From NCBI GenBank assembly GCA_000437315.1, contig FR899426.1:1-60929 (forward strand): a stretch of 60,929 nt of DNA, read 5' to 3'. Under the pieces are notes generated by a model, which made no database searches, had not been told where the DNA came from, and worked only from the letters and a program-made list of their open reading frames with translations. The stretch is from Mycoplasma sp. CAG:472 (GTDB taxonomy: Bacteria > Bacillota_I > Bacilli_A > RF39 > UBA660). Position numbers and translations under genes: made by a program. Below are positions 46,748-55,400 of this stretch, piece by piece (position 1 is the first letter of the stretch; each line of letters starts with the position of its first letter).

Positions 46748-48970
46748 TTATTTACCTTCTTGTTGTTTTTGAATTTGCTTAGATATTTCTGCAGATAAAG
46801 CACCAGAATGATTCTTAGCATTTTCACTATCAGAAAAGTACTTAACCCCAGTAGTTCCCGCTTTCATATCACTCATTAATTTATCTACAGCAGCATTATA
46901 ATCTGCTAAAGATAAGTTATTATTATTGTACATAATATCATTCCAACTATTATCCCAAGTTAATCCTGAAATTTCACTCATATCTTGAACAAAATCATAA
47001 TTTGCATTTTGTTGTTTAAATACTTTGGCTTCATTAACTACAGCTTGGAACCTTGAATCAATTATAGTTCCATCAGCTGCCTTTTTATTAAGTTTTTCAT
47101 TTACTGCTCTAACAGTAGCAAGTTTTTTTAATGAATCCAAACGTTTTAAATTAGCTTCTTTTTCTTGTAATGCACGCGCCATTTCAGCTGAAGATATTTT
47201 TCTAACAAAATTAGATTTATCAACTTGACTAGTTGCAATTGCCTTTTTCTGTTCGGCAGTCATACCATTGTATTTTGAATCCTTCATTATTTGTGAATAC
47301 TTATCCTTTAATGCAGTCATATAATTTTTTTTATCAAATACAGTATCTGATATTTCTCTTTTTCTTTCAGCTTCATATAAACCCGCAAAGTTGGCAACTG
47401 CTTCATTATCTTCAACATAACTTGCCATTGTCTTATAGAATCCTTGCATCTTATCGGCAGTTTCTTTTTCTTTCTTAAGACTAGCTAGAGAATCAACTCC
47501 GAAATATGAACCTGCACTTCTTACAGCATCCATGATATGACCTTTTTGTACTCCACCAAATCCTGGATGTGCTTTTTGATATGCCTCTCTTTTATTTCTA
47601 TTTTCAACAGCAGCATCAGCAGCTTTATTAAGAGCATTTTTCATATCTTTACCACTACCAGCATCTTTAGCATACCATAGTCCTTTAGTAAGACCAGAGG
47701 CTCCGCCAGCAAGTGTACTTCCAATGCCCTTAACTGCTGCACTAAATTTTTTGTCTTTTGGTACTTTTTTAAAGTTTTGACCAGCATTAACAGCATTTCT
47801 AACAAGACCTGTTGTACCTGCTCCTATAGCAGCACCCGCAGCAAATGCTCCACTTGATTTAAGTTTATCCTTAATACCAAGTTTCATATCACCATCACCG
47901 AATCCAAATAAATCAGATAAAAGTTTAGGCGCTTGTCTCATAAACATAACAATTCCTAAAATTAAGAAACATTTAGCAATTAAATTTAAAAACCAACTTC
48001 CAGTATTTTCTAAACCTAAATTAATTCTATCACTACAAATTACTGAAATTAAATATACACCAAAATTCATAACAATAATTCTAGTAAAAACACTTATAAA
48101 AGTTTTAGTTGTATTAGAAAACCATTTTTTAAATACATCTTCCATTTTTGGAATAACATTACAGAAAATTGCGATTGGTGCGATAATTTCAAAAAAGGCA
48201 AGTTTGCAAACACGAAGTGCCATATCAAAGCAAAATGACACCATTGCATAAACTAAGAATCCACCTACTATTAAAGCAATTAACCATTGAAAATCTATTT
48301 CTCCTTCATGTATATTTAGTGCAAATGCTTGATAAAACCCAAAATTTCCCGTTGACAATGCAAAATCATCTACATCCTTTAAAGTACATTCATCTTTTTT
48401 ACATCCATAAGTTTCGTCATTTAATGTAATACTATATTCAGAATGGTTGGTGACTTTACTTCGGGCTGTATTTGGATCAGCATCATTATTAACATTTGGA
48501 GTAAAAAATGGTATAAAAGAATTAACAGACATACTAATGCCAGCGTTTTCTATTGTTTCAGCTCCAGTATTACTTGAACCTGTAAATATACCATTTAATA
48601 CATTAGATTCAAGTATTGCTTCTTGAAGACCAAACATAAAAGAAAAAATCGATGGAATTAAGGCTAGTAAAACGATTGCCATTACTAATTTCTGAAGAAT
48701 CTTTTTTCCATCAACTCCACTTTTTGAATTATCAGGATCAACAATTTTAACTAAAATTCCATATGCTAAAGCAAAAAGCATTACTATGCTAAGTATTTCA
48801 TACATATTTTTAGTTATTATATTAAAATCCTCATTATCAAAAATTTGCGCTTTTGCTAACACTAAAAAAATTCTGTAAGCATAATTTACAAGTTTAAATA
48901 TACCAGCAACAAGGCTTATAATTATTTTCCAAAAAACTTCAGCAACATCATCTATAATAGTTAATATCAT
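46748..48970 (-). CDS. VirB6/TcpH-like polytopic conjugation channel protein with a long C-terminal coiled-coil region
   Basis: About 7 TM helices in the first 400 aa, a Gly/Ala-rich segment, then a charged helical tail. Typical position upstream of VirB3 and VirB4. Confidence 0.7.
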   Translation of the reverse strand: MILTIIDDVAEVFWKIIISLVAGIFKLVNYAYRIFLVLAKAQIFDNEDFNIITKNMYEILSIVMLFALAYGILVKIVDPDNSKSGVDGKKILQKLVMAIVLLALIPSIFSFMFGLQEAILESNVLNGIFTGSSNTGAETIENAGISMSVNSFIPFFTPNVNNDADPNTARSKVTNHSEYSITLNDETYGCKKDECTLKDVDDFALSTGNFGFYQAFALNIHEGEIDFQWLIALIVGGFLVYAMVSFCFDMALRVCKLAFFEIIAPIAIFCNVIPKMEDVFKKWFSNTTKTFISVFTRIIVMNFGVYLISVICSDRINLGLENTGSWFLNLIAKCFLILGIVMFMRQAPKLLSDLFGFGDGDMKLGIKDKLKSSGAFAAGAAIGAGTTGLVRNAVNAGQNFKKVPKDKKFSAAVKGIGSTLAGGASGLTKGLWYAKDAGSGKDMKNALNKAADAAVENRNKREAYQKAHPGFGGVQKGHIMDAVRSAGSYFGVDSLASLKKEKETADKMQGFYKTMASYVEDNEAVANFAGLYEAERKREISDTVFDKKNYMTALKDKYSQIMKDSKYNGMTAEQKKAIATSQVDKSNFVRKISSAEMARALQEKEANLKRLDSLKKLATVRAVNEKLNKKAADGTIIDSRFQAVVNEAKVFKQQNANYDFVQDMSEISGLTWDNSWNDIMYNNNNLSLADYNAAVDKLMSDMKAGTTGVKYFSDSENAKNHSGALSAEISKQIQKQQEGK

Positions 48971-49032
48971 AATTACTCCTATTCTAATACTATAAATATA
49001 GTATATTATATTTTTTTCTTTTTTACAATCTT

Positions 49033-49491
49033 TTAAGGATTAATAGTTGTAGTACTATTATCATTTTTCTTACCATTATTTTTTGTAGAATTATTTTTAT
49101 TTGAATTATTTGATGATACTCCAGGACATCTACTATAATCCAAAATACATTCACTACATTTTGCAAATTCACTTCGTACATCTTCAGAACCATCTATCAA
49201 ATCAATAAAAGCAAGTAATATTGTTGGAAGTAAAAACACAAATAAACCAACAAATAATTTAATTACTAAAGAAGTAATTTCTTTAGAAAAATCTCTTTCA
49301 TCAGAAACAACTGCTTTTGCAAGTGATATAACTCCAGTAACAATTAATATAATTGGAACAAGTATTTTTGCTATATTAAATAAAATTGCTATAAATTTTA
49401 ATACTTTAACTACATTTTCATTTGTGCAAGAAAAGGCCTCTAAACCATCTTTAGCAAATATATAAGTTTTTAATAACATACAAATCACCAT
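49033..49491 (-). CDS. Small two-TM pilin-like (VirB2/TrbC/Maff2-like topology) protein with Asn/Ser-rich tail
   Basis: TM1 ILVPIILIVTGVISLAKAVV, charged loop SDERDFSKE, TM2 LFVGLFVFLLPTILLAFIDLI. First gene of the T4SS operon. Confidence 0.55.
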   Translation of the reverse strand: MVICMLLKTYIFAKDGLEAFSCTNENVVKVLKFIAILFNIAKILVPIILIVTGVISLAKAVVSDERDFSKEITSLVIKLFVGLFVFLLPTILLAFIDLIDGSEDVRSEFAKCSECILDYSRCPGVSSNNSNKNNSTKNNGKKNDNSTTTINP

Positions 49492-49595
49492 TTAAATTAT
49501 ATAATAAAGTTAATACTTTTACAATAAAATGAAGTTTATTTCTTTATTATTCTATATTTTTTTGATAAAATAGATTTATAAAAGGTTGGTGTATT

Positions 49596-50687
49596 ATGAA
49601 AAAATTAATTAATTATATTTGTTTAGTTATAACGTTAACATTCTTTTTTATTACAAATGTTTATGCTTATGGGTGTAAAAGTAGCCCAATAGATTTAGAA
49701 ACAGGAGCCTCAAGTGGAGTTTCTTCAAGAACATTTACATTAACTGATGAACAAAATCGTACATGTAAAGTGAAATTAAAAGTAGCTAAAGGAGGACAGC
49801 GAATAAGATATTATATTGAAGTTGATGATATAGATCAAACAAATAGAAAAACATATACTTGTAAAAACGCAAATGTTAAATTTAACTTAGATGGTGATAT
49901 TTCAAAAGGTTTTAATCTAGAAAACATTCAATGTTCTTATTCTTCAAGTAGTAAAACATTTAGTATTTCTGGTATTTCCGGAAGTAGTTCATATGGTTCA
50001 GCTAAAAGTTGTACAGGAGATGACTATTTATTTCCAAAAGACGGTAAAACATGTAAAGTTGTTGTTAGTATAAATGAATATAAAAAAGTAACATTAAAGT
50101 ATGGAGATAAGGATAATTGGAGTAGTTCAAAGTCTGAATCAAATCCTGGAATTACTGAATTTGATTGCGTTATAGATGGAACCACCATTCACGTAAAATC
50201 AGATGTAAAAATTGAAGATGGCATTGAAAAGTGTCCTAAATTAACCGCCGATGTTAATTCAGAACTTGATAATTCTGATGGGGATCACACTGAAAGAAAT
50301 GACACTACAAATACGATTAATGCTGAAAAAGAAAAAAATTATGACCATGGACTTGGAGATCTTATCAGTAAATGGTTTGGTAAAAATAATAATGGCAATA
50401 TGAATGCTGGTGAAATAGATTGTAACCAAGTAATTCAAGGTAAATTGGGTGAATATCTAACTAAAATATTTAGTATAATGAAATATTTAGGAATTGTACT
50501 TTGTGTTGGTATAACTATATATGATTTTGTTAAAGCCTTACTTGATAGTGACAAAGAAATTATGAATAAACTTGTTAAAAAAGCATTTACCAGATTAATC
50601 TTAGTCGCAGTACTATTCTTCCTACCAACATTTGTAAATCTTATAATTAAGTTATTCGTAGATAATCCATGTGAAATTAAATTCTAA
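49596..50687 (+). CDS. Secreted Cys-containing protein fused to a C-terminal two-TM module paralogous to 49033-49491
   Basis: Signal peptide (VITLTFFFITNVYA); about 260-aa ectodomain with paired Cys. The C-terminus YLGIVLCVGITIYDFVKALLDSDKEIMNKLVKKAFTRLILVAVLFFLPTFVNLIIKLF aligns with the 152-aa protein. Confidence 0.6.
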   Translation: MKKLINYICLVITLTFFFITNVYAYGCKSSPIDLETGASSGVSSRTFTLTDEQNRTCKVKLKVAKGGQRIRYYIEVDDIDQTNRKTYTCKNANVKFNLDGDISKGFNLENIQCSYSSSSKTFSISGISGSSSYGSAKSCTGDDYLFPKDGKTCKVVVSINEYKKVTLKYGDKDNWSSSKSESNPGITEFDCVIDGTTIHVKSDVKIEDGIEKCPKLTADVNSELDNSDGDHTERNDTTNTINAEKEKNYDHGLGDLISKWFGKNNNGNMNAGEIDCNQVIQGKLGEYLTKIFSIMKYLGIVLCVGITIYDFVKALLDSDKEIMNKLVKKAFTRLILVAVLFFLPTFVNLIIKLFVDNPCEIKF

Positions 50688-50697
50688 CATAAAAAAA

Positions 50698-50722
50698 TCA
50701 CGATTAATTTCGTGGTTTTTAT
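50698..50722. terminator. Bidirectional terminator between convergent genes
   Basis: TCACGA-TTAATT-TCGTGG, flanked by an A run upstream and a T run downstream. Confidence 0.65.
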
Positions 50723-50832
50723 TTTGTCTTATTACTTTTCTTTTTGTTAGGTACTAATTTAACTTTAACACCTTTATATCTAGCAAATTCATATTTTACG
50801 CCTTCAGGTAAATTTTTCTTTAACTTTTTCAT
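50719..50832 (-). CDS. Unannotated 37-aa basic protein
   Basis: SD AAGGAGTGAGATTG then ATG. My translation is MKKLKKNLPEGVKYEFARYKGVKVKLVPNKKKSNKTK. It is below the ORF-track size cutoff. Confidence 0.45.
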   Translation of the reverse strand: MKKLKKNLPEGVKYEFARYKGVKVKLVPNKKKSNKTK

Positions 50833-50889
50833 CAATCTCACTCCTTGCAAGCAAGATTATAGCATAAAATGTGTCTTTGTTACAAGTAT

Positions 50890-51129
50890 TTATTTTCTAT
50901 TATTAAAATTATTTGCACTTATAGCCTTAAAAATATCCCTTTTTTCCTTATTAATTTGATTATTTTGAGATATTTCATTAACGTTTTTACGATTAATTTC
51001 AAAATTAATTTCATTTATTTGTGATTTAACTTTTTGTATTTGACCAATATCTCCATTATTTGAATATAATGAATTAAGTTGTCCTTGCATTTTATATTTC
51101 TTTTCTTTTAAATAATCTATTCTATCCAT
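50890..51129 (-). CDS. 79-aa coiled-coil protein
   Basis: Heptad-like charged sequence. Its start lies 1 nt after the stop of the pentapeptide gene, so the two are probably coupled. Confidence 0.5.
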   Translation of the reverse strand: MDRIDYLKEKKYKMQGQLNSLYSNNGDIGQIQKVKSQINEINFEINRKNVNEISQNNQINKEKRDIFKAISANNFNNRK

Positions 51130-51130
51130 T

Positions 51131-51742
51131 TTATTTAAACCTCACTCCTAAACTACCCACTATAAACTGACTTTGTGATGGATCTATTACAGCACCATAT
51201 ATTGAATAATTATCAAATACTATTTCACTAATATCATTATTTGAAAAGTCTATATTATATAGTTTCGTTTGTAAAAATTCTGCTTTATTAAAATTATTAT
51301 TATCAAGTTCTATATTTTTAAACTTAGTTTCTGTAAAATAACTTTCTGACATATTTGAATTAGTTATTTTTATTTTATTCATACTAGTTCCAGAAAAATT
51401 AACATATTTTAATGTGGAATTATCTATTAAAATATCCTTTAATGAAGCATTAATAAATGAACTTCCTAATAATTTGCAACTATTAAACTCACATCTTTCA
51501 ATTAATTTTTCATCAAAATTTTTATTTGATAAATCACAAGATTCAAAAATGCAGTCTAAAAAATTTACATTAATTAATTCAATAAGTGAAAAATCTATGT
51601 CCTTAAATATACAACTATCAAAATCAATATCTTCGATTATAACTTTATTTTCTGGATTTTTTGTAAACGATGCATTTTTATAAACATTATCCACGAAAAT
51701 AAATTCCTCAGTAAATTTAATTTTAGGTTTTATTATATTCAT
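51131..51742 (-). CDS. Pentapeptide-repeat protein (Qnr/MfpA-like right-handed beta-helix)
   Basis: About 30 consecutive A(D/N)LXX-type pentads, e.g. DFDSCIFKDIDFSLIELINVNFLDCIFESCDLSNKNF...NFSGTSMNKIKITNSNMSESYFTETKFKNIELDNNNFNKAEF. Confidence 0.85.
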   Translation of the reverse strand: MNIIKPKIKFTEEFIFVDNVYKNASFTKNPENKVIIEDIDFDSCIFKDIDFSLIELINVNFLDCIFESCDLSNKNFDEKLIERCEFNSCKLLGSSFINASLKDILIDNSTLKYVNFSGTSMNKIKITNSNMSESYFTETKFKNIELDNNNFNKAEFLQTKLYNIDFSNNDISEIVFDNYSIYGAVIDPSQSQFIVGSLGVRFK

Positions 51743-51816
51743 TAAATCAGTTCCTCAATAACATTTTAACATATTTATATATATAAAAAAAGCATAACTA
51801 AATATGCTTCTTTATA

Positions 51817-52896
51817 CTATTTTTGTTTTGCATCAATAGTAATAGTCTTACTACAATATTTTGTAGCATTATCTAATTCATAACCACTTGGGCAAGTAAA
51901 AATCTTATTAATTTTTATGTCACACATACCACTAGAATTTAATGGTTCACCTTTAGAACATCCTAATACTGCTGGAGTTTTTGCAGCATAACATCCATGA
52001 TCATAGTAAAGTCTTCCTGAAGAAACATCACAAGAATCTTTATCTGTCGTATAAATTAGGTTATAATAACATATGTTATTATCCTCATCTAATATTGCAT
52101 TACTGCCTTTATAACTACCATAATCATCACAATAATAATAAGGATCTACTTCATCGTAACAATACTCACTATTCCATGCTCCACCTTTAAAACCAATAGG
52201 ACATTTAGCATTTGCTTTTACAGTATCAACTTTAATACATTTTTTATCAGATAAAGTAAAATCACTATCACAATAATAAGTTACAGGTTGAGTTTTAGTA
52301 TCGGTAACATTATTTGATTTCTTATCTTCCTCTTTAATTTTTTCCCAATTTGCATATAATGTGGTGCTTTCCACTAATAAAGCGCCATTATAAATTGGTT
52401 TACCATTTTTATCAGTCCATCATTTGAATGTATAACCATTTAAAGTTGGACTTTTAGGTAAAGTAAGTTTTTTCCCTTTATTAAGGGTAATTCATTGTAT
52501 TTTACTTCCACCCTTTGAATCAAAAGAAATAGTTATTTTTTTAGTATCATCATTTTCTAAGGTAACATCATATATTGCTTTTAATTTTATATTTTTATTA
52601 ATTTTTGTTTTAAAATCAAAAGGCTCTTTTGCTAAAATATCTTCATTTCCTTTCTTTTCAACTATTTCATACCAAGTTGCATTTAAACCATCTGTATTTT
52701 CGATATCTTTTTTGTTTATGACTTTATTATACTTGATTTGAACAATTTTAGTTTTTGTTCCATCATTATAATCTAAAGTGATATCAAACTTTCGATTGAA
52801 AAACCATAATAAGAAAATTATAATTACAAGTAATATAGCACCACTTATTACTCCAATTAACAATTTCCTTTTTTTGTCGTTTTTAGACATACGCAA
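51817..52896 (-). pseudogene. Membrane-anchored Listeria-Bacteroides-repeat (Flg_new) + Cys-rich protein gene interrupted by two in-frame TGA codons
   Basis: There is a single frame from 52896 to 51817. TGA falls at 52494-52492 and 52422-52420, giving ..FDSKGGSKIQ*ITLNKGKKLTLPKSPTLNGYTFK*WTDKNGKPIYNGALLVESTTLYANWEK.. The second TGA sits where the paralogue at 54.3 kb has Gly (GYTFKGW). Confidence 0.7.
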
Positions 52897-53000
52897 TCCT
52901 CCTTAAGTACGTTATACTATAACATTTCAATTTTTAAAACTAAAAAACATCATTTACTTATCATAAAAAGTTTATTAAAATATAATTAGGTGAATAAATT

Positions 53001-53945
53001 ATGATTAAAAATATAAATAATAATAAAATAATTATGATAACTCATATTGCAGATATTGATGGTATGGGTTCATTAATACTTGCTAAAAAACATTATAGTA
53101 ATATTGATTATATATTATGTGAAATAAATGAATTAATAGAGGTTTTTAGTTCAATAGATTATTCTAAATATGAAATAATATATGTATGCGATCTTGCACT
53201 ATCTAAAACAATATTAAATTATTTAAACAAGCATCCAGAAATTACTAATAAGATAAAGCATTTCGATCATCACGAAATAATAGAAAATTCTCCATATTAT
53301 GTAAATAGTATAATTTATTTAAATGGTAAACCTACTTGCGGTACACAGTTGTTTTATAATTATTTACTAACTTTAGATACTAAATTTAATAATAAGTTTT
53401 ATAAAACTTTTGTAGAGGCTATTAGAGAACAAGACAATTTTGATTTTGGTGATGAAGAATATAATGCTAAATTACTTGCATTTACGCACGCTTTAATTGG
53501 CCCTGAAGAATATATAAACTTAATATGTAATCTAAATGATAATGATGATTTTAAACTGTCTAAAATATATGAAGACTTATATAAATCAGATTTAAAAAAA
53601 CAAAAAGAATATATTGAATTTATAAATAAAAATTTATGTATTACTGATTATAATGGTTATAAAGTTGGTGTAACTATTTGTGAGCAATATAGATCTATAG
53701 TGGGAAATAGCATTTGTAAATTAAGACCAGAAATAGATTTTATAATAATAATTAATTTTAATCGTAATAGAGTTTCCTTAAGAAGTGTTAAAGAAAGTAT
53801 AGATTTAAATAAAATTGGTAAAACATTTCATCCAGATGGTGGAGGTCATAAATTATCTGCTGGATTTTTAATAGATTCTAAATCAATATTAAAATTAAAA
53901 CCATTTATAGATTTATATATAAATAATTTAACTTTAAAAAAATAA
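53001..53945 (+). CDS. Stand-alone DHH/DHHA1-family phosphoesterase (NrnA-like)
   Basis: Motif I HIADIDGMGS; motif III HFDHHE; DHHA1 motif PDGGGHKLSAGF. Confidence 0.8.
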   Translation: MIKNINNNKIIMITHIADIDGMGSLILAKKHYSNIDYILCEINELIEVFSSIDYSKYEIIYVCDLALSKTILNYLNKHPEITNKIKHFDHHEIIENSPYYVNSIIYLNGKPTCGTQLFYNYLLTLDTKFNNKFYKTFVEAIREQDNFDFGDEEYNAKLLAFTHALIGPEEYINLICNLNDNDDFKLSKIYEDLYKSDLKKQKEYIEFINKNLCITDYNGYKVGVTICEQYRSIVGNSICKLRPEIDFIIIINFNRNRVSLRSVKESIDLNKIGKTFHPDGGGHKLSAGFLIDSKSILKLKPFIDLYINNLTLKK

Positions 53946-53966
53946 ATTATTTTAAAAGGAGGTATA

Positions 53967-55295
53967 ATGAAAAAATATAAAATAATTATTATTATACTAT
54001 GTTTTATAATAGTTTTAATGTGTATTGATTTTATTGCCCTATCATTTAATGGTAGTCCCATAATTAAAGTTAGAAAATACTATAATAGTGGATATACTAT
54101 TTATATAGATAAAGGATTATTTACAAACACTTATAAATGCTATGATGGCAAAACTAAAACTGTTGTGAAAAAAGTTAAATATACATGTCCTAAAAAAGAA
54201 ATTAAAAAGGAAATAAAAGAAAATATAATAGTAACATTTGATACTAAAGGTGGAAGTAAAATTGATAATATTATTATAAACAAAAATAGTAAATTAACTC
54301 TTCCAGAAGAACCAACCCTTGAGGGATACACTTTTAAAGGTTGGGTTGATAAAAATAATACCCATTTTTATAATAATTCAATAATAAAGGAAAACACTAC
54401 ACTTTATGCTACTTGGGAAAAAATTAATGATGAAATAATTGATACTGAAAATAATAATAACTCTAGTATTAATAATAATAACAATATAAATGATAAAATC
54501 AATACTAATAAACCTAGTAATAATGGTAAAATAAACACTAATAATAATGAAACAATAATTGTACCCGAAGAAAATAAACCTGTTATAGAAAAAACTTTGG
54601 CTGAAAAAAATGATGACTTAAGAAATCAAATACAAAATAAATATTCTATTAAAATAGCATATAAAGATGAACTAGGAAATTATACTATTAATGGATATGG
54701 CTCAGAAAAATTAAATGATGATAATATTATAAATGAGTATCTTAATGAAATAGATAAAACATTAAAAAAATATCCAGATAATTTTTTTAAAGAAATGAAA
54801 GATTATGGAATGCCATTAACTATTTATTTAGTAAAAAACATAAGTGGTAATGTATCTGGTCTTACTGATGCAAAAGATAGTAGTAACATTAAAATTATGA
54901 TAGAACCCGCGCTTTTATTTGAAAATACTTTACATCATGAAATAATGCATTATATAGATATTTATATAAAGATTAAAGGTTATCCAATTGATATAAATAA
55001 TACAATGAAAGAGGTTAATCCAATAGATTTTACATATGGAGATACAAGTAATAATTATGTTTATTATTATAGTAATTTAAATAATGCTTATTTTATATCT
55101 GCATATAGCAAAACAAATTACTTAGAGGATAGAGCTGTAATTTTTTCTGACTTAATGTCTAGAAGTATTACAAAAGATTATTATAATGATGGTACACCTA
55201 TAAATAAAAAAGCTAAACTAATTAGTTCACAAATTAAAGAATATTTTAATATATTATCAAGTGAAGAAAAATATTACTGGGATAGATTCTTATAA
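53967..55295 (+). CDS. Membrane-anchored protein with a Listeria-Bacteroides (Flg_new) repeat, an Asn-rich linker and a C-terminal HExxH domain
   Basis: N-terminal TM; TFDTKGGSKIDNIIINKNSKLTLPEEPTLEGYTFKGWVDKNN...LYATWEK; zincin motif TLHHEIMHYID with a downstream LEDRAVIF. Confidence 0.7.
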   Translation: MKKYKIIIIILCFIIVLMCIDFIALSFNGSPIIKVRKYYNSGYTIYIDKGLFTNTYKCYDGKTKTVVKKVKYTCPKKEIKKEIKENIIVTFDTKGGSKIDNIIINKNSKLTLPEEPTLEGYTFKGWVDKNNTHFYNNSIIKENTTLYATWEKINDEIIDTENNNNSSINNNNNINDKINTNKPSNNGKINTNNNETIIVPEENKPVIEKTLAEKNDDLRNQIQNKYSIKIAYKDELGNYTINGYGSEKLNDDNIINEYLNEIDKTLKKYPDNFFKEMKDYGMPLTIYLVKNISGNVSGLTDAKDSSNIKIMIEPALLFENTLHHEIMHYIDIYIKIKGYPIDINNTMKEVNPIDFTYGDTSNNYVYYYSNLNNAYFISAYSKTNYLEDRAVIFSDLMSRSITKDYYNDGTPINKKAKLISSQIKEYFNILSSEEKYYWDRFL

Positions 55296-55356
55296 CCAAT
55301 TTTTATATATTAAAAAAGATTTAACTAGCATTTATAGTTAAATCTATTTTTTTAAT

Positions 55357-55400
55357 TGGCAGGGGCGGAGAGAATCGAACTCCCATCTAAAGTTTTGGAG
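55357..55400 (-). other. Orphan 3' half of tRNA-Trp(CCA), from anticodon loop to CCA: an attachment-site junction
   Basis: The reverse complement is CTCCAAA-ACTTT-AGAT-GGGAG-TTCGATT-CTCTC-CGCCCCT-G-CCA. The CCA anticodon loop, the A1:U72-type acceptor strand and the G discriminator match tRNA-Trp. The expected 5' half (AGGGGCG..., D arm) is absent at 55401 onward. Confidence 0.8.

Larger units (their letters stand above)
38066..55356 (-). mobile_element. Gram-positive conjugative T4SS gene cluster with cargo (an ICE remnant or one half of a composite ICE); ends not established
   Basis: VirD4, wall hydrolase, VirB4, VirB3-like, VirB6-like and pilin-like genes are co-oriented. No relaxase or recombinase lies between 38066 and 55356. 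The right limit is set by the tRNA-Trp half at 55357; the left limit is only the last conjugation gene. Confidence 0.6.

Noticed and set aside
51817-52896. Genome-wide TGA reassignment (code 4 or 25) as the explanation for the in-frame TGAs
   Set aside because: TGA behaves as an ordinary stop elsewhere in the window, for example the ATGA stop/start overlap at 8741-8744 and the femAB-like stop at 18154-18156. All T4SS genes are intact under the standard code. Local read-through remains listed as a finding.
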